From positions 12,612,316 to 12,676,315 of the forward strand of contig NC_092384.1 of assembly GCF_030028105.1 (NCBI RefSeq): a stretch of 64,000 bases of DNA, given 5' to 3'. The translations under genes were made by a program, and so were the position numbers. Positions 1 through 12,570 of the stretch are shown one piece after another. Origin of the DNA: Mobula birostris. Its lineage: Eukaryota. How positions within the stretch are numbered: position 1 is the first letter of the stretch; each line of letters begins with the position of its first letter. Below the pieces are notes generated by a model, which made no database searches, was not told the origin of the DNA, and saw nothing but the letters and a program-made list of their open reading frames with translations.

Positions 1-39
1 GCGTTAAAGGGGAACAACCAAACGGAACCATGAGAACGT

Positions 40-2368
40 CTCTGGATCCCATGCCTTCTGACTTTCTGAATAAGCCTACCGTGTGGAACCTTGTCAAATG
101 CCTTACTAAAATCCATATAGATCACATCCACTGCAGAAACCTCATCTATATGCCTGGTCACCTCCTCAAAGAACTCTATCAGGCTTGTTAGACACGTTCT
201 GCACTTCACAAAGCCATGCTGACTGTCCCTGATCAGACCATGATTCTCTAAATGCCCAGAGATCCTATCTCTAAGAATCTTCTTCATCAGCTTTCCCACC
301 ACAGACGTAAGGCTCAGTGGTTGATAACTACCCGGGCTATCCCTACTACCTTTTTTGAACAAGGGAACAACATTCGCCTCCCTCCAGTCCTCCGGTATCA
401 TTCCCATAGACAAGGAGGACATAAAGATCCGAGCCAGATTCTCAGCAATCTCTTCCCTCGCCTCGTGGAGCAGTCTGGGGAATATTCCTTCAGGCCCCGG
501 TGACTTATCCGTCCTAATGTATTTTAATAACGCCAACACCTCCTCTCCCTTAATATCAACATGCTCCAGAACATCAACCTCACTCATATTGTCCTCACCA
601 TCATCAAGTTCCCTCTCATTGGTGAACACCGAAGAGAAGTATTCATTGAGGACCTCACTCACGTCCAGAGCCTCCAGGCACATCTTCCCACCTCTATCTC
701 TAATCGGTCCTACATTCACTCATGTCATCCTTTTGTTCTTCACATAATTGAAGAATGCCTTGGGATTTTCCTTTACCCTACTCGCCAAGGCCTTCTCATG
801 CCCCCTTCTTGCTCTTCTCAGGCCCTTCGTAAGCTCCTTTCTTACTACCCTATATTCCTCTATAGACCCATCTGATCCTTGCTTCCTAAACCTCATGTGT
901 GCTGCCTTCTTCCACCTGACTAGATTTTCCACCTCACTTGTTACCCATGGTTCCTTCACCCTACCATTCTTTTTCTTCCTCACCAGGACAATTTTATCCC
1001 TAACATCCTGATAGAGATCTCTAAACATCGATCACATGTCCATAGTACATTTCCCTGCAAAAACATCATCCCAATTCACACCCACAATTTCTAGCCTTAT
1101 AGCCTCATAATTTGCCCTTCCGCAATTAAAAAAAAATCCTGTCCTCTCTGATTCTATCCTTTTCCATGATAATGCTGAAGGCCAGGGACTGTTCCCCAGA
1201 TGCTCACCCACTGAGAGATCTGTGACCGGGCCCGGTTCGTTACCTACTACTAGATCTAGTATGGCATTCCCCCAGTCGGCCTGTCAACATACTGTGACAG
1301 GAATCCGTCCTGGACACACTTATCAAACTCTGCCCCGTCCAAACCCTTGGAACGCATCAGGTGCAAATCAATATTAGGGAAGTTAAAGTCACCCATGATA
1401 ACAACCATGTTATTTTTGCACTTTTCCAAAATCTGCCTCCCAATCTGCTCCTCGGTATCTCTGCTGCTACCAGGGGGCCTATAGAATACTCCCAATAGAG
1501 TAACTGCTCCCTTCCTGTTCCTGACTTCCACCCATACTGACTCAAAAGAGGATCATGCTACATTACCCACCCTTTCTGTAGCTGTAATAATATCCCTGAT
1601 CAGTAATGCCACCCCTCCTCCCCTCCCCCCCCATCCCTTCTAAAGCACAGAAATCCAGGAATATTGAGAATCCATTCCTGCTCTGGTGGCAGCCAAGTCT
1701 CTGTAATGGCCACAACATCACAATACCATTTATGTATCCAAGCTCTCAGTTCAACACCTTTGTTCCTGATGCTTCTTACATTGAAGTGCACGCACTTTAG
1801 CCCTTTGATCTTTCTACCTTTACATGCTTTATTCTGTTTCTCTTTCCTCAAAGCCTCTCTATATGTTAGATCTGGCTTTACTCCATGCATTTCTTTCACC
1901 ACCCTATCGCTCCGGATCCCATCCCCTTGCAAATTACTTTAAACCCTCCCGAACCATGCTCGCAAACCTACCTGCAAGGATATTGCTCCCCCTCCAGTTC
2001 AGGTGCAACCCATCCAATCTCTACAGGTGCCACCTTCCCCAGAAGAGATCCCACTGGTCCAAAAATCTAAAACCCTGCCCCCTGCACCAACTCCTCAGCC
2101 ACGCATTCAACTGCCATCTCCTCCAATTCTTACCATCACTATGATGTAGCACTGGCAGCAATCCTGAGAACGCCACATTTGAGGTTCTGTTCTTCAGCCT
2201 TCTGCCTAGTTCCCGAAGCTCACACTTCAGGACCTCATCCCTCTTCCTGCCTATGTCGTTGGTGCCAACATGTATCACGACTTCTGGTTGCTTTCCCACT
2301 CGTACCAGGATGTCGTGCACCCAGTCAGAGACATCCTGGACCCTGGCACCCAGGAGGCAACAAACCAT
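40..2368 (-). mobile_element. CR1-clade LINE, degenerate and internally deleted (ORF1 SGNH esterase, APE endonuclease, part of RT)
   Basis: Minus-strand ORFs: EVVIHVGTNDIGRKRDEVL (CR1 ORF1 esterase), KCVHFNVRSIRNK and GVFYRPP..VIMGDFNFPNID (APE), KENPKAFFNYVKNKRMT (ORF2 linker). Confidence 0.92.
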
Positions 2369-2374
2369 GAATAT

Positions 2375-3145
2375 CCTGCTTCTTTAGTCATTTGTTATGA
2401 GCTACTGGGCGGTGGAGTGTGGTGGGACAGATAAACGTCCTGATCTGGTGTACATTCCTCAAAGTGTTGTAGTGGATGGAGATTCTTAAACACCTGCGTC
2501 CATCTCTGGAAAGTGGTCCTCTTCCTTCCTTTCATGCACTTTGAAGCCTGTTTCGCCTGATTGATCTTGATCAAACACCTGATTGTGGTTTTCTGATCAC
2601 AAATGTTCGTGGTGTATGCTTCCGAACGATTGGTGAATTGGTCTGAAACTCCAACAGCTTCACCACTCCTGAATGGAGGCAACTTTTTTCTTCTGTGTCT
2701 CAGATCATGAATACTCTTCGCTTTCTCACATTGCTGCTTCAAAATTTCTCACTTTCTCTGGTGCGGTTATAGAAGCGAAGAAGGGATAGGATAGGTTTGC
2801 TCTCAGTGTCTGGCCCATAGACAGCTGTTATAGATTGTAAGCATTCACAGGAGGTTTAGAGACATAAGCTAACAGTGTTTTGTAGGGGTCTTTTGCTTTC
2901 AGTAGGGGATTCTTTTCAGTTGCGTTTGGAGTGCTCCTTTCGCTTCTCCGTTTGCCTGCGGGTACTGTGGACTTCTTGTCTGGTGTTTAAAGTCATAATA
3001 GCTAATAATGGCTTTGAATTCTGAGCAGCTGAATTGTGGACTGTTGTGTGGTACAAATGTTTCTGGTATCCAATGGCGAGCGAATACAGCTTTCAGGCGT
3101 TTTGCAACTGCTACGAAGGATGTAGAGGACGGCTTGACTCCTCAT
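2375..3145 (-). mobile_element. Gypsy-like LTR retrotransposon integrase remnant
   Basis: Manual minus-strand translation gives LKAVFARHWIPETFVPHNSPQFSCSEFK..SPQYPQANGEAK (integrase core), then HDLRHRRKKLPPFRSG (C-terminal region); stops and frameshifts present. Confidence 0.75.
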
Positions 3146-3169
3146 CTTTTTCTCCACTCCTGCTGAAGA

Positions 3170-3257
3170 CTCTCGGCCCGAAATGTCGAGTGTACTTTTT
3201 TTCTGTAGATGCTGCCTGGCCTGTTGAGCTCCTCCAGCATTTTGACTGTGTTGCTTT
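3170..3257 (+). repeat. Penelope-associated terminal repeat fragment
   Basis: tctcggcccgaaatgtcga..gatgctgcctggcctgttgagctcctccagcatttt..tgttgct recurs in reverse at about 3630-3735, 7380-7490 and 29710-29790. Confidence 0.7.
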
Positions 3258-3624
3258 AAAAGCTAAAGATTCTTGTCGATTACTGAAGTAAATTACGAGG
3301 TACTCAATATCAACACGTTATACATAAAGACTAGTACGATAATTTGCGGGAAAACATATACTGACGCAAAATAATGGCTTTCAGTACCTGGTTTTTGATT
3401 AGTACACATAAATATTTTGATCTTCAATGACAGCGTAGTGTTACACAGGAACTACACTTTGAGCATTGCAAGTCATCTCTTCTATGCAAAATTAACACCG
3501 TGAAAAACGTTGTCACGTGCGGGACAGGGAACATAAATGGAAAGCTGGCAGTCTGATTTATGGACGCACTATTCTGACGTCACTCACTCCAATCAACACT
3601 ATTCTATCTACGACATTCAATAGA

Positions 3625-6060
3625 ACATCTGCAGATGCTGGAAATTCGAGCAACACACATAAAATGTTGAGGAAATTAGCAGGCCAGAGAGCATCTAGGA
3701 AAAGAATACAGTTGACGTTTCAGGCCGAAACCCTAAGGCAGGAATGGAGAAAAAAAAGCTGGAGTAGATTTAGAATACCCGGCACGGCTGCGGGGTTGGG
3801 CGGCGGGGGGGAGGAAGAGAGAAACAGAAGATGATAACTAAAACCTGAAGGGGGAGGGGATGAAGTGAAGAGCTGCGAAGTGAATTGGCGGACGGAACAT
3901 AGCTGCTTGGCAATACGGTCTCTCCCACTCTACGCCGGGTCTCACCGATATACAGGAGGCCATATCTGGAGTACAGGACAAAGTATATGACCCCAGCAGA
4001 CTCAAAGGTGCAGTGTGGCGCCTCATCTGGAAAGACTGTTAAGGGCCCTGAATGGTAGCGAGGAGGTGTACGGGCAGGTGTTGCACTTGTTCTGCTTGCA
4101 AGGATGAGTGCCAGCAGGGATATAAATGGGGAGAGACCAATGGACAAGGGAGTCGCGTAGGGACCAATCCCTGCGGAAAGCAGAACGTGTGTGTGTGTTG
4201 GGGGGGGGAGGGAGGAGTAAGATGTGCTTGCTGGTGGGATCCCTTTGGGGATGGTGGAAGTTTCAGAGAATTATATCTGGTGGGGATGGTAGGTGAGCAC
4301 AAGGGGAACCCTATCCCTGGTGGAGTGCCGGGATTATCGAGTAAGAGCAGACGTGCGTGAAGTGGAAGAGGTACGGTTGAGGGCAGCTTTGATGGTGGAG
4401 GAAGAGAAGCCCCTTTAAACACAGAAATGTAGAAGATCTACAGTTTCTTTGAAAATGGAGGGCATCTCTTTCGTTCCAAAATGAAAGGCTTCATCCTGAG
4501 AACAGGTGCGGCGGAGACAGAAGAATTGAGAGAAAGGGTTGGCGTTTTTACAAGTAACGGGGTGGGAAGAGGTATACTCCAGGTAGCTGTGAGAGTCGCT
4601 GAGGTTATTATAGACATCACTGGATGAGCTGTATCCGGAGACAGAGATAGTGAGATCGAGAAAGGGGAGAGAGCTGTCTGAAATGGACCATGTAAATTCG
4701 AGAGTAGGGTTGAAATTGGAAGCAAAGTCGATGAAGTCGACGAGTTCAGTATGGGAGAAGAAAGCGGGACCAATGCAGTCATTGATGTAGCGTAGAAAAA
4801 GTGCAGGACGGTCACCAGTACAGCTTTGGAACATAGACTGTTCCACGGAGTCGACAACCAGGCAGACATAGTTGGGATCCAAGCGAGTACCCATGGCTAC
4901 ACCTTTTGTTTGAAGGAAGTGAGAGGAGCCAAAAGAGAAATTATTTAAAGTGAGGACAAGCTCCGCTAGGCGGAGGAGAGTAGTGGTGGAGGAGAACTGA
5001 TTAGGTTTAGTAATCGACAAGAATCATTAGCCTTATGGTGGTGGGTGGAGTTGTATAGGGACTGGACATCCATAGTAAAAATAAGATGATGGGGGCGAAG
5101 GAGTCTGAAATCATTGAAAAGATCCAGCGTGTGAAGTGTCACAGATGTAGGTTGGAAGCGGGAGTAACACGGAGTCGAAATATGTAAATATGAGTTCAGG
5201 AACAAGCCGAAACAACTGATTTAACTAGACAAGCGGTGTGCGCATCTTGGGTAGGAGGTACCATCGCGAGGTGCGGGATGAGGGGTGCGGGAACTATGGG
5301 GTTGGTGGCGGTGGATGGGAGATCCCCAGAATCAATAGGGTTGGCGATGGTGTGGGAGATAATGGCTTGGTGATCCTTAGTGGAGTCCTATTTGAGGAGT
5401 GGTGTCTGAAAGTTGGCGCTGGGTCTCAGCAAAGTAGAGGTCATTACGACAGTCAACTACAGCACCTCTCTTATTTGCGTGTTTGTGGTGAGGTTAGGAC
5501 TGGTGCTGAGGGAGTGGAGAGCCGAGTGCTTGGAAGGAGTGAGGTTGGAATAGGAGAGAGGAGTGTTGAAGTCTAGACGGTTGATGTCCCGTCGAGAGTT
5601 GGCAATGAAAAGGTCCAGAGCAGGCAGAAGACCAGGGCTGGGTGTCCAGGAAGCTGAGGAGGGTTGAAGACGGGAGCAGGGGTCATCGGTGCGGGGTGGA
5701 GAGTCCATGCTAAAGAAATAAGGCTCGGAGACCGAGGTGGCAGAAGAAGAGCTCAGCGTCGTGGCGGGCGCGGAACTCACTGAGGAGAGGTCGCAGGGGG
5801 ACAAAGGTGGAACCATTATTGAAGACAGAAAGTTCTGCCTCAGAGAAGGGTAGGTCAGAGGGAATGCTGAATACCGGCATGGATGAGAGTTGGGATTGGA
5901 AGGGGAAAGAGGATTGATTGTGTCTGAGGAATAGAGAGGTTTGGGGGTGTTCAGGAGTAGTGTGGCATGAGGGCTCTGCAGCTCTGTGTTCGAATGAAAG
6001 GTGTTGGTGTAGGCGTAATTGCAGGTTAAATGGAAACATAATTGATTTTGGTTCATGCAG
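3625..6060 (-). mobile_element. Penelope-like element (RT plus GIY-YIG endonuclease), frameshifted
   Basis: LTLNNFSFGSSHFLQTKGVAMGT..FLRYINDCIG (PLE RT); VIYFVLYSRYGLLYIGETRRR (GIY-YIG); N-terminal TFVPLRP..EFRARHDAELFF. Confidence 0.92.
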
Positions 6061-7361
6061 TGATATCAGAAAGGTATTATGCTAAGTGCCAAATGTATTT
6101 TAAGTATGAAAAAGACTTTTCAACCTAAACTGCCTATGTTAGTCTGCTAACTGTATGCACGAACCGAGAAAGGGCCAAGGTTACTAGGCAACGCCTTCGA
6201 GGTACACCCTAAAGGGAATATATTGTAATAACCGGCAATCCGCCTCTAGGGTGAGGAAGCGCACAGTGAAACAAACACAGCAGAGAATCAGAGAAGTAAG
6301 ATAAATTCTTATCGAGATAAAAGAAAATTTTTGTAGTCAAAATAAATAACTAATGAATAAATAAACAAACAAAAAAGAAAATGGAGCAATAACCCGCCGT
6401 AAGTATTTTCACTAACCTAATAAAGCTCCCACCCCGCAACCGGAGAGATTTGATTTCTCCAAACCAGGGAGATTTGAGAGATGTCACAGACACTCTGAAA
6501 GATTAAAGTTGCAAACAATCTCACTGTCTTCAGAAAAGCATCAAGTAAGCACACGTATATACTACACCTGAGGACTGCACATTTTCCCATGGAAGCTGCC
6601 TGCAGATCTTCTCTTGTTAGTGATAAGCTCTTAAATATAGTGCATTTGATTGAAGGATATCTGCACCACGGTTAGGACAATATTCTGGCAATGTTTATAT
6701 ACTGCACATAGTTTTTTTTAGGAATAACAATGAGAGAAAATGGTAAGCCGAGAGCCACTTGCATCTGCAATAAGCTGTTGCTGATGTTTTACTTTGAAGT
6801 GATATATCCCAGATTGCAGGACAGGAAACGCATCACAGGAAGTTGCTATCAGCGATTTGGTTCTATAGATGTTTCCCATGTCAACCCATAGATATTTGGG
6901 GGAAATTTTGATATAGTGGGTATACTGTTGCCTTCTATGTCATAATTCTTACAGTGTTATTACGTTTTGTCTCCAGACACCACTGACCACTGATGAAGAA
7001 ACACCGCTGTATTCATCGTGGGGTTACTTGGGGTGACTGGTGGAAGAGACATCGGGCTGAAGGTGACAGAACCTCATGCGAGAGGAAGGTAGAGCATGGA
7101 ATCAAGTGACGGCAGTGAGAGGGAAGATAGGATTCGAAAGAGGAGCCAGTGGGCGAAGCGTTTGGAAAATTGGCAGATGGAGTGAGTGGAGGAAGAGAAG
7201 GAAGTAGGATTTCGTGGTTTTGGGTGAATGCAGAAATAACTATGGAGATCCCAGATGAAAGAAGGGGACAGGGTTCAGCAGATTACCAGAAGCTTGAGAA
7301 ATCAACTCATAATGTCTACTTACGAGTTCTCTCCAATAATGCTGCACGATAAACCAATAAG

Positions 7362-8150
7362 CCCACAAACACGAGGAATTCTGCAGATGCTGGAAATTCA
7401 AGCAACACACATCAAAGTTGCTGGTGAACGCCGCAGGCCAGGCAGCATCTCTAGGAAGAGGTACAGTCCACCTTTCGGGCTAAGACCCTTCGGCAGGACT
7501 AACTGAAGGAAGAGCTAGTAAGAGATTTGAAAGTGGGAGGGGGAGGGGGAGATCCAAAATGATAGGAGAAGACAGGAGGGGGAGGGATGGAGCTAAGAGC
7601 TGGACAGGTGATTGGCAAAAGGGATATAAGCGGATCATGGGACAGGAGGCCCAGGGAGAAGGAAAAGGTGGGGGACCCAGAGGATGGTCAAGGGGTATAG
7701 TCAGAGGGACAGAGGGAGAAAGAATATGTGTATATAAATAAATAAAGGATGGGGTACGAGGGGGAGGTGGGGCAGTAGCGGAAGTTAGAGAAGTCAGTGT
7801 TCATGCCATCAGGTTGGAGGCTACCCAGACGGAATATAAGGTGTTGTTCCTCCAACCTGAGTGTGGCTTCATCTTTAGAGTAGAAGAGGCCATGGATAGA
7901 CATATGAGAATGGGAATGGGAATTAAAATGTGTGGCCACTGGGAGATCCTGCTTTCTCTGGCGGATAGAGCGTAGGTGTTCAGCAAAACGATCCCCCAGT
8001 CTGCGTCAGGTCTCGCCAATATATAGATCGCCACATCGGGAGCACCGGACGCAGTATATCACCCCAGCCGACTCACAGGTGAAGTGTCGCCTCACCTGGA
8101 AGGACTGTCTGGGGCCCTGAATGGTGAGTTCTTCCAGCATTTGATGTGTT
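7362..8150 (-). mobile_element. Penelope-like 3' fragment (GIY-YIG end and terminal repeat)
   Basis: EEQHLIFRLGSLQPDGMNTDFSNF and the reverse complement of YCVRCSRCGDLYIGET; mostly absent from the homologous site upstream of copy 2. Confidence 0.85.
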
Positions 8151-9189
8151 AATTATATTTTGTAGTCACATAATACAGAAATGTGAACAAAAAATGAATT
8201 ATTCATGCGTTGACCAAAATGTGTAAAATAACTTACTTCCATTTCTTTCATGCATCAACTCAAAAACATAGTGACGGAACATATAATAATAATCTTATTG
8301 TGGAAGAACGTCGCTATTTTCCCACAAAACAGTAAATGCCTCCAAATGGGAAACACTAATTACCTTTGGGCTGTATCTTAATAGCTCGAGAGTGTGCAAG
8401 AGCAGCTTCCCCCCCACCCACCCCCGCACAACACACTAGTCACTAAACTCCAGGAATAATGCGCTCTATCCCTATCAGCCTATGGCTTTTGTAGACAAGC
8501 CAAATCGAATCCATGTCAAATTGTCTCTGGATCCCATGGATTTTAATTTTCTAAATCAGCCAACCATGGCGAACACCATTAAGAGCCTTAGTGATATCCC
8601 TATGCTCCAAATCCACCGCTCTAGCTTCATCAATTTGTTTCACTATGGCATCGAATCTAGTTAATCAGGTTTCCGAGCACAATCAGTTCCTTCTAAAATC
8701 ATACTGATTATCTCTAATGAGACGATATTTATCCAAATTCTCGTATATCCTGTCCTTAGCAATCTTCTGCAGTAGAGTTCTCACCAGTCGCATAAGCTGA
8801 CTGGTCTATAATCACAAAATTATCCCTAGTATCTTTCTTGAAGAAAGCACAACTTAACAGCGTGACAACCTGCGATACCTTGATACGAAGCTTGCGGCCA
8901 TTGAAACGCACAGATCATGGTCAGCGCCCCAGATATCACGTTCATATTACCCATAATAACCTGGGATATATCTCTTCCAACCATGGGGACATCGATCCTA
9001 ATTTTTGACTTAAATTCCAACCCGACATGTTCCTGCAAAATTGCGTGTTCTAAGTTAACCACACATTCATGATCGGGGTCGAAGACGCTCAGCTCAAGAA
9101 CCAGCATATTCATCATATCTTTAATCGCCAATCGTCCTAGACTATTCCTGCTTATTATTCAAAATTATCATCAAAGTGCTCAGACGTGC

Positions 9190-9497
9190 AAACGCTGTGA
9201 AGATTTGGCATTGTAGATCTATTAGGTCATACAAAAATAACGTTTGTAGAAGTTCACAAAACTCTGTAAGATCTCCAGTATCTATTTCCAGATCTTCCAT
9301 CGGCAGGAAAGAACTTAAGTGTCAATAAAGAGAATAGCAACGAAAATCAAATAATTAAATATATATATCGGTCACTGGTTTACTGCACCGCCCCACTCCG
9401 CGACAGGGTATGAATCATCCGTCAGAGAATATAAACCACTCCCCTACTCAACCATTAAAATCGCACATCTACAGACTCATTGAATCTGTCAGGCAGT
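9190..9497 (+). promoter_or_regulatory. Conserved proximal promoter/5'UTR region of receptor copy 1 (homolog at about 38715-39060)
   Basis: Non-coding blocks shared by both paralogs: gtgaagatttggc.ttgtagatc, gatcttccatc, and catctacagactcatt just upstream of the ATG. Function is inferred only. Confidence 0.5.
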
Positions 9498-9549
9498 ATG
9501 TCAGCAAGTGTGTTTCTCTTTCTGGCAGTCAGTGGGATCATTTACATAG
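9498..9549 (+). CDS. VJ-C1 IgSF receptor copy 1, exon 1 (leader MSASVFLFLAVSGIIYI)
   Basis: ATG plus hydrophobic leader, phase-1 donor atag/gtacag, paralog at 39061-39109. Confidence 0.85.
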
Positions 9550-9686
9550 GTACAGCTTTATTCATTTCTGCGTGTTTTAATTTATCAATCAATGTCCGAT
9601 AAGATTACACGATATTGAAGCTAACTGTGAATCAGCTGTAGGTTACACTTTAATTCAACTTAGCTAAATTAACCGTTCCTTTTTAG

Positions 9687-10007
9687 CTGCGGATCAAACT
9701 TCGTTCAATGTATCTCAATCGCCCAAAGAAGCGGTGGTATCCAAAGGAGAGAACGTCACGTTCTACTGCGTATTTCCCATTTCTCAGGATGAATCCTGGG
9801 TAAAAGTCTATTGGTGGAAACAGGGCGAGAATGAATACCAACGGACAAGCACCGGCAGCAGAAAGCATTCCGGTCGGAGGGGTAAAAGAACTTGGTACTT
9901 TGAGTTGCAAAATGTAATGGGTCAAGATTCTGGATTGTATCTGTGTTCATTGACCCGCAAAGGATTGCCTGCAAGAAATGGAACCGGATCACTTCTGAAA
10001 GTTCATG
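9687..10007 (+). CDS. Receptor copy 1, exon 2 (germline-joined VJ-type Ig domain)
   Basis: Acceptor ttttag/ and donor g/gtaagc, 321 nt open. VTFYC..VYWWKQ..QDSGLYLC..NGTGSLLKV gives B-Cys, C-Trp, DxGxYxC and a J-like GxG. Confidence 0.92.
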
Positions 10008-10097
10008 GTAAGCTAAAATAACTGGAGAACAACTTATCCATGAAGTATAAAAATATACCACGCCAAGAAACAGGTTCACCATGAAAAGATCCTTTAA

Positions 10098-10326
10098 CGT
10101 CCTTTGAACAAGACAAATTAGGGAAATCTGCAGATGCTGGAAATCCAAGCAACACACACAAGATGCTAGAGGAGCTCAGCAGGCAAGGTAGAGTAGAGCC
10201 GACGGCTCGATCCGAGACTCCTCACCCAGCACTGATGGAGGGTCTCGGCCCGAAATGTGAACTGTACTCTATTCCAGAGGTGGTTCCTGGCCTGCTGAGC
10301 CTCTCCAGCATTTTGCGTGTGTTGCC
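10098..10326. repeat. Palindromic Penelope-derived insertion in intron 2 of copy 1
   Basis: 10149-10325 is self-complementary (gcaacacac..ctcagcaggc versus gcctgctgag..gtgtgttgc), flanked by TTAA on both sides, and absent at the copy-2 site. Confidence 0.7.
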
Positions 10327-11203
10327 TTAATATCGTTTGCCCTGGTTATGTTGTAAGATTAAAGTCAATGCTCTATCCCCTGTCTGCGAATAAGAGGGTC
10401 TTCGAGGGTTTCTCATGAATCTCTTAATTCACTAAATTTACCACCATCACTATCTCCAACACTAGTAATCGGAGACGTTGTTTCTTTATATATCTGTAAT
10501 ATAGATATATTCATAAAATTCCAATGAAAGATGTTATTTGGAGAATTGTTGGATTACACTAGATTAAATTGTGAACGGCTGTCATACTAAAATGTAAGGC
10601 TTCTCTGCAAGTAATACGGACAGAAAAGAAGGGCGATCAGGTACGAAAAGTCATCGATTTCCTGCTGAAATCTTTCGGCAACTTGATTTCTTGAAGTTGC
10701 TGCGTGAAAACATCACAGATCTCCATGAAGCTAGGCCCACAACTTTCAATGTCCTACTTTATTACGTCTTGTCTAAATGCCTTCTAATTTCATAACTGGA
10801 TCGGATCCACCGATTCCTCCTTTCTTCCGGGTATATGTTAGCTTGCTTTTCATACTCCTACGCGGAATAAAATGTTGTAGTAATCCAGGGTTTCTTTGCT
10901 TCAACACTCAGGTCACGCTCATCCTCCGTTGCTCGTCGTTCGTAGGAAACCAGGCAATACCATTTTACCACTTGATCAAAATCCTCCCAAACCAAGAAAA
11001 AAATATCTTAAGTCTTCGCCACTCCCTCCGGCATAACACATCCCTCCTACATTGTGGACACCAGACTGCTACGAATAAGGCAAACGGTGGTTTAACTAGT
11101 TTGATACAAAATTCCAATATAATATCCCAACTTCTATATTCTATCTGCTAACTCATCAAAGTATCATTCTGCGCCACCCTCTGTTGCCACTTTACGGGGA
11201 CAT

Positions 11204-12262
11204 GAACATAGAACAAAGAATAGTACAGCACAGTACAGGCAGTTCGGCCTACATTGTTGTGCCGACCCTCAAACCCTGCCTCCCATATAACCCCCCACTC
11301 TAAATTCCTCCATATACCTGTCTAGTAGTCTCTTAAATTTTGCTAGTGTATCTGCCTCCACCACTGACTCAGGCAGTGTATTCCACGCACCAACCACTCC
11401 CTAAGTAAAAAACCTTCCTCTAAATATCCCCCTTGAACTTCCCACCCCTTACCTTAAAGCCATGTCCCCTTGTATTGAGCAGTGGTGCCCTGGGGAAGAG
11501 GCGCTGGCTATCAACAACTACCTATTCCTCTTATTATCTTGTATACCTCTATCATGTCTCCTCTCATCCTCCTTCTCTCCAAAGAGTAAAGCCCTGGCTC
11601 CCTTAAACTCTGATCATAATCCATACTCTCTAAACCAGGCAGCATCCTGGTAAATATCCTCAGGACCCTTTCCAGTGCTTCCACATCCTTCCTATAGTGA
11701 GGCGACCAGAACTGGACACAGTCCTCCAAGTGTGGCCTAACCAGAGTTTTATAGAGCTGCATCATTACCTCGCGACTCTTAAACTCTTATCCCTCGACCT
11801 ATGAAAGCTAACACCACATAAGCTTTTTTAACTACCCTATCTACCTGTGAGGCAACTTTCAGGGATCTGTGGACATGTGCCCCCAGATCCCTCTGCTCCT
11901 CCACACTATCAAGTATCCTGCCATTTACTTTGTACTCTGCCTTGGAGTTTGTCCTTCCAAAGTGTACCACCTCACCCTTCTCCAGGCTGAACTCCATCTG
12001 CCACTTCTCAGCCCACTTCTGCAACCTATCAATGTCTCTCTGCAATCCTCGACAATCCTCTACACTATCTACAACAGCACCAACCTTTGTGTTGCCTGCA
12101 AACTTGCCAACTCACCCTTCTACCCCCACATCCAGGTCGTTAATAAAAATCACGAAAAGTAGAGGTCACAGAACCGATCCCTGTGGGACACCAGTAGTCA
12201 CAACTCTCCAATCCGAATGTACTTTCTTCACCATGGACCTTCTGCCTTCTGCAGGCAAGCCA
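11204..12262 (-). mobile_element. CR1 3' fragment in intron 2 of copy 1
   Basis: LYKTLVRPHLEDCVQFWSP, LERRRMRGDMIEVYKI, and a ctatgttc-type tail; absent from the homologous sites of copies 2 and 3. Confidence 0.9.
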
Positions 12263-12570
12263 ATTCTGAATTTAAAGTTTTTCCTGTTCAACAACAGTTC
12301 CTAGCACCCATACATCTATTGAATGTTTCATGACCCTTTATCACTTTCCAATATGCATTATATGGCACTTGGCTATATTACATCCCAATTTCCAATGCCC
12401 CCTAACTTTGTAATCTCATCTCTGACTGCTTACGCTACTGTTTGACATTCCGAAAGAAGTATAGAATAAATATAAAGGATTTAAAATACAGCGTGTAACC
12501 CAGTGTTGGTCAATTACACGGCATTGTATACTGGAGCGTGGAAAATTCAAAACATCACCATGAACTCTCA

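Noticed and set aside
252-2144. Plus-strand ORFs overlapping CR1, and similar shadow ORFs over other LINEs
   Set aside because: Antisense or off-frame readings of retrotransposon ORFs.
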